DNA of 64,000 nt, from NCBI GenBank assembly GCA_036172245.1, contig JAYWIR010000002.1, positions 5,146,001 through 5,210,000 on the forward strand, in the 5' to 3' direction. Positions 46,914-59,045 of this stretch are shown piece by piece. The notes beneath the pieces are model-generated. The model was not told where the DNA came from. It saw only the letters and a list, made by a program, of their open reading frames with translations, and did no database searches. A program made the position numbers and the translations under genes. The stretch is from Raillietiella orientalis. Lineage: Eukaryota. The stretch's first letter is position 1. Each line of letters opens with the position of its first letter.

Positions 46914-49900
46914 ATGTCAATGAGAGGTAATTTATCAAGAAAGTGTTTCTGTATTACTTGCTGTAGCGAAAAAAATTGTATTGTAATATGCGTGATTTGT
47001 GTAATTGTGCAGAACAAAGTCACGTTGCAGATCCCGCCGACGAAGTTCCTGATAGCTATGGGAGACGGAGTAGTAATGGTGCTACACAGGAGTTGTTGAT
47101 CGTAACAGAACATGAAGTAACCAGGTGAAGTGATCTTAACAAACCTTTTGAGACATGTTTCCTACATAAAATTGGCAGTTACTGGAGTTTGGCACAGAAA
47201 TTGAATGATATCAGTGATGTGAATCATTATCATGGATTCATGGTCACCTTTGTATGGTGTTTATCTTAGTGTGAATGGGGTAGTGTGAGCTCAGGATTGC
47301 ATTAATGAATGTAATGGTAAATGTGAATTACATCTCAGTAATATATTGATAGCTAGTGCTGAGATTATAACATTATGATTCTTTGCTGTTTGGTTAGCGA
47401 ATTTTCAACGATTTTAGTTGACAAGATTTAAATTTTCTTGATTTTCTATATCTGAAGTAACTGCAAAAATTTTTCCACGATAAATGCTTTTATTGTGAAA
47501 GCAATTATTATGTATTTATTAAATAAGTGCTTTCACAAACTTCATGCAGTCACACCATTGTGAGTACTTCTGTTAGTTCATTTGAATCTATGGAAAACGT
47601 TGGATTAAGTTCAAAATATTTCATAATGCATTAAGATATTGCTGTTTATATTCTTGAAAAGTTTAGGAGAAAATATATGAAAAAAAATTTGATATGAACT
47701 TCAAGCTTTACTCCTCTACTCACTCACTTGTTTGTAAACCCTCATTTTTCAAATAAAGTTGCTGTAAATATATGCATGCTTCATTGAAATCTGTCATATC
47801 ATGGTTATATAATATAGTGTTAATGTAATGGTTGTGGGTATTTGTTTTATTTTATTTATTCATTTATCATGCCAGTGTTGATGTGGATGTTTTGGTGCCC
47901 CTACATTAAAAAAAGGGATGAAACAAGCTTTTGTTGACCTACGCATTAAAAATGCCCTTCCATGTGGATTTCGATATACTTAATGATGAAATGTCAGTGA
48001 TTTTAACATTAAGATAGCATTAATTTCAATTCATAATTCCAATGCAATCAGAATCATATCATAAAAGTAAGATTCTGTGATTCTACAGTAGATGAGCAAA
48101 TGAATCTTGCAAGCATTTAAAATGTGAACTACAAGCATGGATTCACTGGGAAGTACTAGAGCTATGATGGATTCTGAGCTGATTATTTGGCCAATGGTGA
48201 TAAGCAGCATATTCATTTAATACATGCAAGTTGTTGCTTGTCAACAACATCAGATTTTGTAACTGTTGAGAGCAATTACATGCACATGAATCAATCAGAA
48301 TTATCATATTGGAGGTTTAACGATTGGGATTAAATGTGTTCACATGTTATATGGACAGCAACAAACTACTTTTGTAACTTCATGTATCCACATGGAAACA
48401 AAACACAGTTCGAGTTTATTTTTCATATTTTCCTACATTTATTAAGCTACATTTCTTAGTCTCTTTATTAAGTTTATGTTCATTTAACTTATGTTCATTT
48501 ACGTAATAAAATAGAAAATGGTCATTATTTATTTGATCATTCAAGATAGTAAAAACCAATTCTTTAGTAATGTTTCATTCTTTCTGTATTGATGAGGCAT
48601 CCTGTGAAGTTAGGAAATGTTCTGTATTATTATATTGGTCTTATCATTCTCAAAACCTAAACCAGTTTATTGTGAATTTAAGTAAACATTTGTTTTTCGT
48701 GAAAATGAAAGGCATGGTTGTTGAGTATGATTATGTGGAGAGAACTAGGCACATCACTAGGTATTCTCATGTAAATAAGGTAACTTCCATTAAAATGAAT
48801 TTATGAATAACATGCTCTATTTGAAGCTGTTTTGTGTGTCCCACAAAATGGGTTATTAATGTGTTACTATGTGCAGTAATAGAGCAAAATAACATTTTCC
48901 ATGCAGCTATGTGATATTGTGTTTAAATTATCTTTGTGTATAAAATACAATAATATTTCATAGAAATAAATGATTGAGTCAATTATGTTCAGCAAGTGTA
49001 TACATAGATTCAGAATGATATTGTACAAGAAAATAGACCTCATACCACCATTTTCCCATTTTTTATTTAAAAATCCCATGTTCACTTTAACGAATGCTGT
49101 AAATTTTAATTACAGTGAAATTAAGTTGTATATAGGTGCATAAGCGCATAATGAAGGCAATAATTTATCAGACTTGTTATTTGGTGATTTGTGCCAAACG
49201 GTAACAAAGTGTTGCACAAATGGATTAAAATTGGGTTTAAAGTTACATATATCCTTTAATAGTTTATTGTGTTGAAAAGGGAGGTAAACCATACGTAATA
49301 TTTAGTCAGGTGCTCATTTCAATTCATTTTCATACAAGTCAACCAAATTAGGAATAGTTTAAATCATTATTCGTAGATGTTTCATCAGAAAACAGTAGTT
49401 TTTTAATTTAAAACAGATGAAAATCGTGTGAGGCGTGAAGTTTTTAGTAGCCATGTTATTGGTTTTGTGATAATATTTCTTAAGCATTCTTTACATAGAT
49501 CAAATTGAAGATTAAGCCTTTAACTGTCTTGCATTTTCATTTAGAACATTTTTTTTCGTCAGGTTGGCGCTGCATACGATCAGTGCCTGTTTCTCTAAGT
49601 TCTTGCATAGTTTTCCGATTTTCAGTGATATTTGAAGAAGGTTTGGCCCCAAGGTTCAGGTTTTTTCAAGGGTTTTGAACTGTTGAAGCAATTTTCTCAT
49701 GAGACTTTTATAATGAAAGAGGTATTCTTACATATCCAGATCAAGTGCTGAATTCGAAATTGTGTAAGATTCTTGTTATAATTTACAGAATTTGTTCCTA
49801 GTTTTATGTATAGTGATTTTCATAACTACAAAGCAAAGTTTTCATAGTTAAAGTATTTATACCACAAATGTCATCAATAAAAAATTGTTTTAGAAGACAA

Positions 49901-50891
49901 TGTTGGGTTTGTTTGGCCACAGATGAAGATGATCAGAATGCTGCATGGAGAAGTCCCTGCATGTGTCAGGGTTCTGCAAAATGGGTATGTATTGCGCTAC
50001 TGTACATTCATGGAGAAGAACATGTAATTGTAGGTACATCTACGTTGTTTAGAGAGATGGGTAGATGAAAAACAAAAAGGAAATCCTATGAGTCGTGTGT
50101 CTTGTCCTCAGTGCAATATCCCTTATGTTATCCTCTATCCCCGGATGGGTAAGAACATAATAAGCAATCTGGTGTCATGATCCAGTTTTAGGCTACTTAG
50201 AATCAGTGTTGGAAACAATAGAACAGATGATATGCCAAGTTAGTCCTTTTCTAGCTGCAGGTGCTCTTGCTAGTTCGTTCTACTGGTCAGCAATGACCTA
50301 TGGTGCAGTCACAGTGATGCAACTTGTAGGTCATATAGAAGGCCTGATGTTAATGGAACAGTCCGATCCTTTATTTCTATTGTTGGGATTACCCAGCATA
50401 CCTGTTGCTTTGGTCCTTTTAGAAATGGTTAGATGGGAAGAGCAACTGTTGTTTTTTCTTCGCAGAAATGTGCCACGAGTGTTAGTTCTACGAATTCTTT
50501 TGCCATTCTTCAGGTAAAACATTGAGAAGTACATAAGAGAAGTCTACCAATAATCTAGCATTCCAAATCAGCAAAATAGCGTAGAGTGCATTCCTGATTC
50601 AGATGTGACTGGCTTCACCACAGTAGCCCACTCAACCACTCGTGTCCTTTGTGAGGCTTTATTGCTGCCCACCATTGCCAACCTGTGTGGACATGTTTTC
50701 TTTGATAATGTCAACAGTAATCTTCGTCGAACGTTACTGGTTTGTATTTATATGCTGATACAAGTATGTCATTGTGTGATCAGGGGGGACTTGCATTTTT
50801 GGCTGTCAGAGGAGCATTAAAAATTTATCATCAGCAAAGAAAGTTCATCAGACAAACTCAGAGGAAAATAATGGATTTTAATGATCATTGA
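46914..50891 (+). CDS. MARCHF5: Mitochondrial RING-CH E3 ubiquitin ligase MARCH5/MITOL, multi-exon
   Basis: RING-CH: RQCWVCLATDEDD..W.SPCMCQGSAKW|VHLRCLERWVDEKQKGN....CPQC. TM region YWSAMTYGAVTVMQ and DPLFLLLGLPSIPV; TRVLCEALLLPTIA. Stop TGA at 50889-50891. Upstream exons 46914-46926 and 47013-47124 are phase-compatible with exon 49894 across a 2.8-kb intron; the start codon is less certain. Confidence 0.93.
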
Positions 50892-50933
50892 ATTTATGAT
50901 GTTTTATCAGCATAGGAATATATCTTTAAGCAG

Positions 50934-52145
50934 TTACTCATTTTTTCTGTGAGGGGTGATACCTGTGGGCCAAGTAAGCCCATCTCCCAAACATTTAGAT
51001 TGATAGGGTAGAAGTAAATGAAGGGCACTGATGCCATCTGCCAAGTCAAGAAATAGCTGCCAGTTTTTCTTCCAGCCCAAATCATAAGGATTCACAAAAG
51101 ACTGCAGAGGATTTTTAGGTGGCTTAGGGTGTCTTACCTGACCCTTAAGCTTCAAAAGTTGCTTTTCTGCTTTGTTTATATGTCTTTCTATGCTGGTTTC
51201 AGCACAACTTATTAGCCAACTGTGCCATAAAAGCAGTGGGCCAAGGATTAATAATACACCTGTAGGTCATTCTTATCAGAGGCAAGCCACTTAATCTAAT
51301 CTTACCTGAACATAAAGCACATGCAGATAAAAGGCAGAAGTGATGTAAGTTCAGAAATTCTGAATCTTTATGTTGCTTCTCAGTGATCTGATTTGTTTTC
51401 CGCTCGTTCCAAATCAACTGCCCTCCAAATACCACTATCAGTAATGCACCCATGCATGTATACACCATATGTAACCAGAAATGTTTATGTGTTCTGTACC
51501 CAACACAGTTGTTCAGCCAAGCTATCAGGATTGTCAAGCAAATCTATTAATGAAAAGAAAGCATACGGCAATGGTGATCCATTTTCAATATGCAACAGTT
51601 GCATACTGAGCAGTGATGTGTTCGTGGTGGTTTGGGTGCTACACATTTTTTACAGATAGATGTAATCTCGGGGAAGAAACCATTCTATGTGTTGCGTTTG
51701 ATATTTTCATGATATATTTTATGAGCTACCTTGGGAGGAGAACCAGGGTTGCATGTTACAGCCTTGTAGAAGTGGTATATAACATTGGCTTTGATCCAGT
51801 TTCCTATTACCAAGAGGACAAAGAGGAGCATAGGATTGGAATGCCAGTAATATGGTATGCCCATTACATAAGCAACCACAATGACAAACAGCTTTAGAAG
51901 CACCACACTAGCCACTAGTGTCTACAAGAAAGCATGAGATACGAATTTCTGATAACTCCTACCGGTCCTAAGATACGTGTGTACTGATCCACAAAACGTA
52001 TCATAGGTGTTAGAATAGTGTCTCCTATGTAGTCCCAGCTTAAAAAGGCATTCCAGAATAGAGAAAAAAAAACAAGTTTAACCAGGTGCCAGTGGAAACT
52101 GCAATACTGTTTCCATCTTTCCCACAATTTGGAACTTGGGAACAT
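50934..52145 (-). CDS. ZDHHC16: Palmitoyltransferase ZDHHC16 (DHHC family), multi-exon
   Basis: [58 protein letters not shown]...GDGLTW. N-terminus SLFWNAF...[12 protein letters not shown] is typical of ZDHHC16. Confidence 0.92.
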
Positions 52146-52224
52146 CCACTAATAAAAAACAACACAAATGCTGTAACAGATTTGGAATTTTTCGTCCACA
52201 TGTTCCCCTAAATTCTCGAAAGAT

Positions 52225-54225
52225 TTATTTATTGTTAGGAGATATCCTTTGAAAAAGAATATCGTTCCCAATACCAAGAGAATGGTCTGGCTCATTAGAC
52301 TGTTTCTCTGCATCACACCACATTCGACAGTGATCTGCAATGCCCAGTTTGTCTGTTGGAGAAAATAAAAACAAAGAAAGCTGCATCTGCTACTTACCCA
52401 AAATAATGTTAGCAATACTTGGAATCACAGGCTGAAGCAAAATGGCACACACCCGCAAGTTTTCCAAACCAATGTACAGTACAGCACATAAGCGCTCACT
52501 TTGAGATGCTGCATTTAGCTCCCAAGGGCGCTGCTGCTGAAAATATCGGTGCATGTTACGTAAGGTCGCCATCACCAATTGTAAGCCTTGGTAGAAACAC
52601 CAATTGTTGAAATGTTCCTGAACCATAACTGCGACCATACCCTACAAGCAGTTTGCAGATCCCATTTGAATACCTGGAAGGTCCTTCAACTGCTGCAGAA
52701 TTTTCATCTCTTCTTCAGAAAACTCCTGTGGGCGAGGTCCAGGGAACATTTGCTGATGGTTTACTGTGGGTGCAGTACATCTTCTCACAAGATTCCCCAA
52801 TGTATTAGCAAGTTCGGCATTTAATAAATGCATCATTTTCGTTTCGCTATAATCTAAGAAACATCTAACCAACAAACATTTACGAAAGTAAACATTTACT
52901 TGCATCAGATGGGAGCGTGGCTTCACGAAGTAGAAAGTACCGAATAGCATCAACAGAGTACCTTGGTAACAAAGCCATTGGACTGATAACGTTACCCAAT
53001 GATTTAGACATTTTGCGACCTTCCACATTCCAATGGGAATGACAAATTATGGATTTCGGAGGTTCCATGCCAGCAGCCATCAAAAAAGCTGGCCAATATA
53101 TTGCATGGAACCTAGGGTGTTACTTGGCAATAATCTGTACTTGGGAGAATGTTATGCTTACTTCAGGATGTCTTTCCCAATCACATGATGGGTGGGTGGC
53201 CAATGGGCAAACGTGTTGGGATATCCTGCTGCTGTCAGGTAGCTAACTAAAGCATCCAGCCATACGTAGATCGTATGTTTTGGATTGTTCGGGACAGAAA
53301 TTCCCCAATTAAGTCGAACTGCAGGTCGGGATACAGAAAGATCACTTAATGGGAACTCTTGTAGCCAGGATTCCAGCTGCTTTTGAAAAACAGCTGGATA
53401 TACTGGTTGCTCTGAGGATATACAATGAACACATGGAAGCAAGAATATTCTTACTTTTTCTTGCCCATTCAGACAATTCTTTTTGAAATGCCCTCAAAGA
53501 AAACAAATAGTTTTCTTCTTCCAGCCACTCAACAGATTGCTGAAGATCTTTAGTCAGCCATTTCTTAGATTCTACATTGTATTCTATATCTGTTGGGGAT
53601 ACAAATTGCTCCTGTTGCATACAGTACCATCCTTCATATTGACCATGATAAATATATCCTTTATCAAACAGCTGTGACTAACAGGGAAAGTTTTTTTTTG
53701 AAATCATCCTAATCATTCTTAAACTACCCAAAATGCCTGAACTGCAAAAATGTGTCGTTCATCTGTAGTGCGAATAAAATCAGCATAAGAAATCCTGAAC
53801 TGGGAAAACATATTGCGAAAAAGCTCCGAGAGGTAGTTGCAATGGTTTGATACACAGATTCCTGCTTTTTCTGCTGCTTTCTGAACTTTGATCCCATGTT
53901 CATCTGTACCACAGGTGAGAAAAACAGGCTGCTTTCTGACAAGGGACTGGAATCGGATCCAGGCATCAGCTAATACAGTGGAATATAAGTGGCCTAGATG
54001 AGGAGCTGACACAAACATTACCAGTAGGCAGAACACTGATTAATTTTTACCAGCATTAACATAGAATATTGGAGTTGTAACAAAGCACATGGATGCATGC
54101 TCATTACTCTGAGTAGACTGGTGATTCACATTTTTATAATTATACAATCTGCATCGTTGAAGATGCTTTGTAGTAACCACAAACGTTCTCATGAGAGGCC
54201 TGTAAGAAGAAAACCATTGCAACAT
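52225..54225 (-). CDS. MARS2: Mitochondrial methionyl-tRNA synthetase, multi-exon
   Basis: Basic N-terminal presequence from ATG 54225. Motifs [20 protein letters not shown] (HIGH-like), [59 protein letters not shown]. Stop TAA at 52227-52225. No appended C-terminal domain. Confidence 0.95.
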
Positions 54226-54301
54226 AATGTGACTGTGAACCACCCTTTCCCACTTGATTTTTTTTTTCTAGAAAAAAAAAATTTATATACTATATATTAT
54301 T

Positions 54302-56188
54302 CTAGGTTCTGGGACCAAAGATTAGACTGCCTACTCTGACATTGGAGCTTCCCAAAAGAATCTACAGATACAGACAACAAAACACTTTTCAAGCATAAAT
54401 CACTAACTTACAGCTTCCTCAAAATCATGAGACATCCCCATGGAAATCTCTACATGCTTTTGATCCAAATCCAACTTTTGGCAGACTTCTTCTTTACACT
54501 GCATCAATTGCTGAAAGAATGATTGACACTTTGCACAACTTTATGCTTCATACCAAAAAATCTTCATTAGGGACATCAGGATTAGAAGATGCTTCGTAGC
54601 TTCCAATAGTCATCAAACCTGAGAAAATTAAGTGAGGGCAAGAATCTAAGACATGCTGTACAAGCGCAGGAGTGTCCTTAATTTCACAACCATGCTTTGC
54701 TGAAACAAGAGTGAAGTAAAGGGACAAACATGGATGATGACTTACAGCTTTCCTTGCTAGTATTAACCTGTACATAAACTCTCAAAGGGTCACTTGAAGT
54801 ACAAGCTGAATTCAAAGAACTGGCTAGTTCAGTAGTATCAACAGTTTCAACAAGGTAAAGATTGAATACTTTTAAAACTTTCTTTACTTTATTGTTTTGA
54901 AGATGGCCAATAAAGTGCCATCTGATTTCTGGACATAGCTCCTGAATCTAAAATAATTTGGTATAGATTCCAATTTGCATTTTACAATCAGATAATATCA
55001 GAACACGCACATACAGAATACATTACACTGATACATGTTGGATTTCAAGCAACAGCCTTATCACATATCTATAACACAGAAATCAGTAGTTTAAAATCAG
55101 TTGTACAACATTTGGTAAAGGAGAAATGTCTAAGGAATGTATAAAAAGACCTAACTTAATATATATATAAATATAGAAGAACCACCATGAAGCATTGCAA
55201 AAAGGCTAATCAGATACTCTTTCCAAACACCACTGCAGTTAAGCAGCTGAGAAATGAAAATAGAGCTCAGGATCTTTCAATATGTAATATATTCCATACT
55301 ATTTTCAATTCGGGAAAACTGAACACCAAGGTGGATGGAAGTTTGAAAGGAAAATCTCTGATAACATGTGGCAGAAGTATCCAACAATGTGATCCACAAT
55401 GGTGATAAAATGAATAACTTAACTGTGAAAATCTTGTATAATTTAGGATAGTATTTAACACTGATCTCAATTTACATCTTATCAAGCTCCTATCTTATAT
55501 CCAATGTTTTCCTTTCAAGGATTCAACAGAAAAATACATGCATACAGTTTTCTGGATTGACTTCGAAAATGTATGAAATGATAGATTTGAAAGTACAAGC
55601 AAAAAGTAAAACTGTAACTGGCTCTAAATGTGCACATTAGATTGGGTATATGAGGAATGACATTGGACACTGCACAGATTGCAAGTGTATAAAATTACTG
55701 TTTCCATTATATAGACAGCATAGCCCAAACTGAAATTTAAGGAAACTACCTGATAAGTGTGATCAATCCTTTTACAGGAAAATAAGTCCTATTATTACCT
55801 CGCTATCTGAGGCTTTTTCAAGAAGTTCCTGCACATAGTTTTCTCCAAAATGTCTTTGTCCGGCTTGATAGGCTTCAATTATCAAATGCTTTGGCTTCGT
55901 TTTTGTTACAGCGACGAGCCTTGTGTCCATGTAGTTGAATTTCTATAAAAGAAAACGAAGTTCTACAGATTATTTCTGCATATTCAAACTGTTACATAAC
56001 CAATAATTCCCGATGTGGGCATATGCAGAGGGCTAATCAGAACGCACATCAATAACAGAAAATTATTTTCCCGTCCCCCTTGCACGATTGGTTTCAAGTA
56101 TCTTGTAACATACCGCTGGCCTTCGTAATACTGCATTCTCGATTCGTTGAAGAACGTCTGACAATTTCTTGCTTATGTTTTGGGTCAT
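54302..56188 (-). CDS. PLPBP: Pyridoxal phosphate homeostasis protein (PLPBP/PROSC/YggS family), multi-exon
   Basis: [78 protein letters not shown]. Stop TAG at 54304-54302. Confidence 0.95.
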
Positions 56189-58462
56189 TTCTTCTGCTTC
56201 ACACGATTACAGCACCACCGGTTCCATAACGAAACTTCGGAAGTCAACATCAAAAATTGGCGACTAGCAGGCATACAAACTGACACATAGAGAATAAAGC
56301 TTAGAAAATGAGCATTCCTAAGAGCAAAATTTCTACGAACTATATCAAAATAGCTGAACATCTGCCAGCATCACATTCAAATTCATGTACTACGATGAGT
56401 TATATTCATACCGTCCAGTAGTAATTCAAATAAAAACTAGGAAAATATCTATGCAAAATGCCACAGAATGGAGCAAAGCCGTTTTCGAAAAAAACAAATG
56501 GATAAATGTTTGCAAACAGATTCATTCCATGTTCTCCGTGTGCTGAGACTGTCATCTCTCACGTTCGTTTCCATTTTCCAAAATTGGGTTCGAAATACTA
56601 TGGAGATACATCAAAGGGAGCTTTGTAAACTTTCATGTAGAAACGGGGAAAATCGCGAGAGCCCTATTCTTGCTATGAGAAAGTCATAGATTAAAAAAAA
56701 ACATAATAATGATGGAAACGAGGATAAATCACCTATTGCTGCCGCGTTTTAGAAAACGGAGACTGAAAACATCTCACTAAATCAAATGTATCCCTCTCCT
56801 GAAAGCAATCTTTACAGAGGATGGCATCAATACTCAGGATTGCATCTCATTTGGTGACGTATGTACTTAAGGAGTGAAATCCTCGAGATTAAATTACAAA
56901 TTGCTTCTCAGACCTGGTATTGTATTTATGACACGGTTCACAACTGTGAGGATGGATAAAATTGCAAAGAGTAGTTGGGACTTCTTGATAGTTTTCAAAA
57001 GCTTGGAGGAAGATAGTAGATTTGGAAGACTTTTCTTCGTTTGCCTTGTTTCATTTCACGTTCTATCATTGCCTATCATTACCTATCGTTACCTATCAAT
57101 CGATTGCTTCCACATCAAGGAACAACTTCAGTGAAGGAAAGAGAATGTAACCGCAGCTTAAAAGCATGAAATCAGCAACGGTCCACAAACATGAAAAAGA
57201 AAAGCAACATAGTAATTCAAAGAGCATCCTATTCTTCTTTATTTCCAGTTGTGATTAAGGAACATTCTAGAATTTTGATGTTTTTCCCTCCGGAGAGAGA
57301 GACAGACAGAGAAACGTTGTGAATACTCTTTCAGAAACTCTGCAACTCTCAACAAGCAAAAAAAAAGAATCCTGCACTCAAGCGATATTCTATATCTAAT
57401 AAATCTTAAAAAAAATAAATAAACAAAACAAAACAAAACAGCATCTAGGAGCGAGGCTTGAAATTATCGGAAAGACATCCGGCTGTGTTGAAGTTCATGG
57501 ACCGAAGCAAACGCAATGTAGGCGGTACCAGTTCGGAGATGCTATCTAGAATGATGAGTAAAATCCCTATTACTTCAGTGAATAGAAAGAGATTAATCAA
57601 AAACAGAACTGAAAAGAAAGAAAACTCTTAATTTGTCTTATGATTCTAGGTAGGAAAAATTCGAAAAAACACCTTTAAAGGCTAAAAGTAACAAGTGCAT
57701 TATTTCGAAGAAAAAATAGTTTCCGATTCTTCTCTGGATGATGTTGTCCCCATGCTGATGTCATGATGATTTGAGTGCGTCAGAGTCATTTGAGTGCATG
57801 ATGATTTGTCTGCAAGATCGGATGGAGGCATATTTTTCTATATTTTTGCAGAGCCGGATGAATCTGTCGATGCTGATCTGAGAGTTCGTGACGGAGCAAG
57901 CTCGTGTTCAAGCTGTCTGCTCTACCCTACGATGACGGGTGTTGTTTTCCGTTTTTCATGCGATTCGACTTAAACACAGCCTCTTCCCCTCACTCATCGC
58001 CCCCTGAGTCTACTTGGCTTCTTTCACATCTCTTCAAGATGATCGAAACCTGCTGCGAAAGGCGTACATGGATGGCATGTCCTGGATCATGGCTTTAGAC
58101 GAAGACTTTCCCTCTAACCAATTTATGCTAAAGCTTCAGAGATCATTTCGATCTCTCCTTTGCTTTTTCCATTTTCACTTCGCCTGCAAACAAAAGTTCA
58201 TCTACCACTTTCAGCCGTCCTTACGACAGCTGCATGCGTCGCTTCCCGTTTCCCCAAGTCCGGGAAGGCCGGAGGCAGGAACACATATCCTCCCGATCCC
58301 TGCATTCCTTTCTTTCCCTACCTCTCCCCTTTTCACTGTTGCAGCCGTGTCCTGTAGATCTGCTTCGCGAGCTTTTGGATTAGCCGGCCAGCCGACGCCT
58401 GCTATCAGTGCGTCTTCTTTTTCGCCTTCGTTCAGCTTCCCTTTACGCTGCGCAGCGTCTCA

Positions 58463-59045
58463 CCGGTCTCCTTCCAGCGTTGGCTCCGTACGCAGAGTCT
58501 TCTCAGAGACGACGTGCTCCTCGGTGCGGGGAAGTGTGGTAACTTTCCTCCCTCCCTCCTCGTCATCTACCCCTTCCTGCCTTAGCAGCCTCTTCCTGAT
58601 GTTCCCAATGAAGATTTTTTGGTATGAAGCATAAAGTTATGCAAAGTGTCCCCAATGGGGAGTAAGGAAGAGGGGAAAGGAAGGGAAGACAGGGTTCCTG
58701 CCCCACTGTCTGTTCTACCTCACGCCTTCCAATCCTTACCTCCTCGCTTTGAGCAAGAGAACCAACGGAAAGCAGCCTCCCGTAGCTGCTCCTGCCGGTG
58801 GATGCACCCGCAATCGGTGAAGAGGCACGCGCGCGTCTCGGCGAGGGTCCTCCGGCTTGGAGGAAGTCCTTTCCGCCACTGCAGAGCGCAAGAGAGAGAA
58901 GACTCCGGCTTAAGAGGATCCTCTTGAGGATTTTTTCCAGTGCTTTGCAGCGGAGCTGGCGCCGGTCGCCTTCCCGCGTTGGCTCCGTACGCAGATTCTT
59001 CCCGGAGACGACATGCTCCTCGGTGCGGGGAAGTGTGGTAACTTT
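58463..59045. repeat. Two 84-bp direct repeats (58463-58546 and 58962-59045) with 6 mismatches
   Basis: Manual ungapped alignment: CCGGTC.CCTTCC.GCGTTGGCTCCGTACGCAGA...CTCCTCGGTGCGGGGAAGTGTGGTAACTTT. Confidence 0.9.

Noticed and set aside
58463..58570. HDV-like ribozyme suggested by TGC-TCCTCGGT-GCG (P3/L3-like) in the 84-bp repeat
   Set aside because: No clean P1 with G1 wobble, no GG for P1.1 in register and no J4/2 CGAA-P2 closure in either copy.
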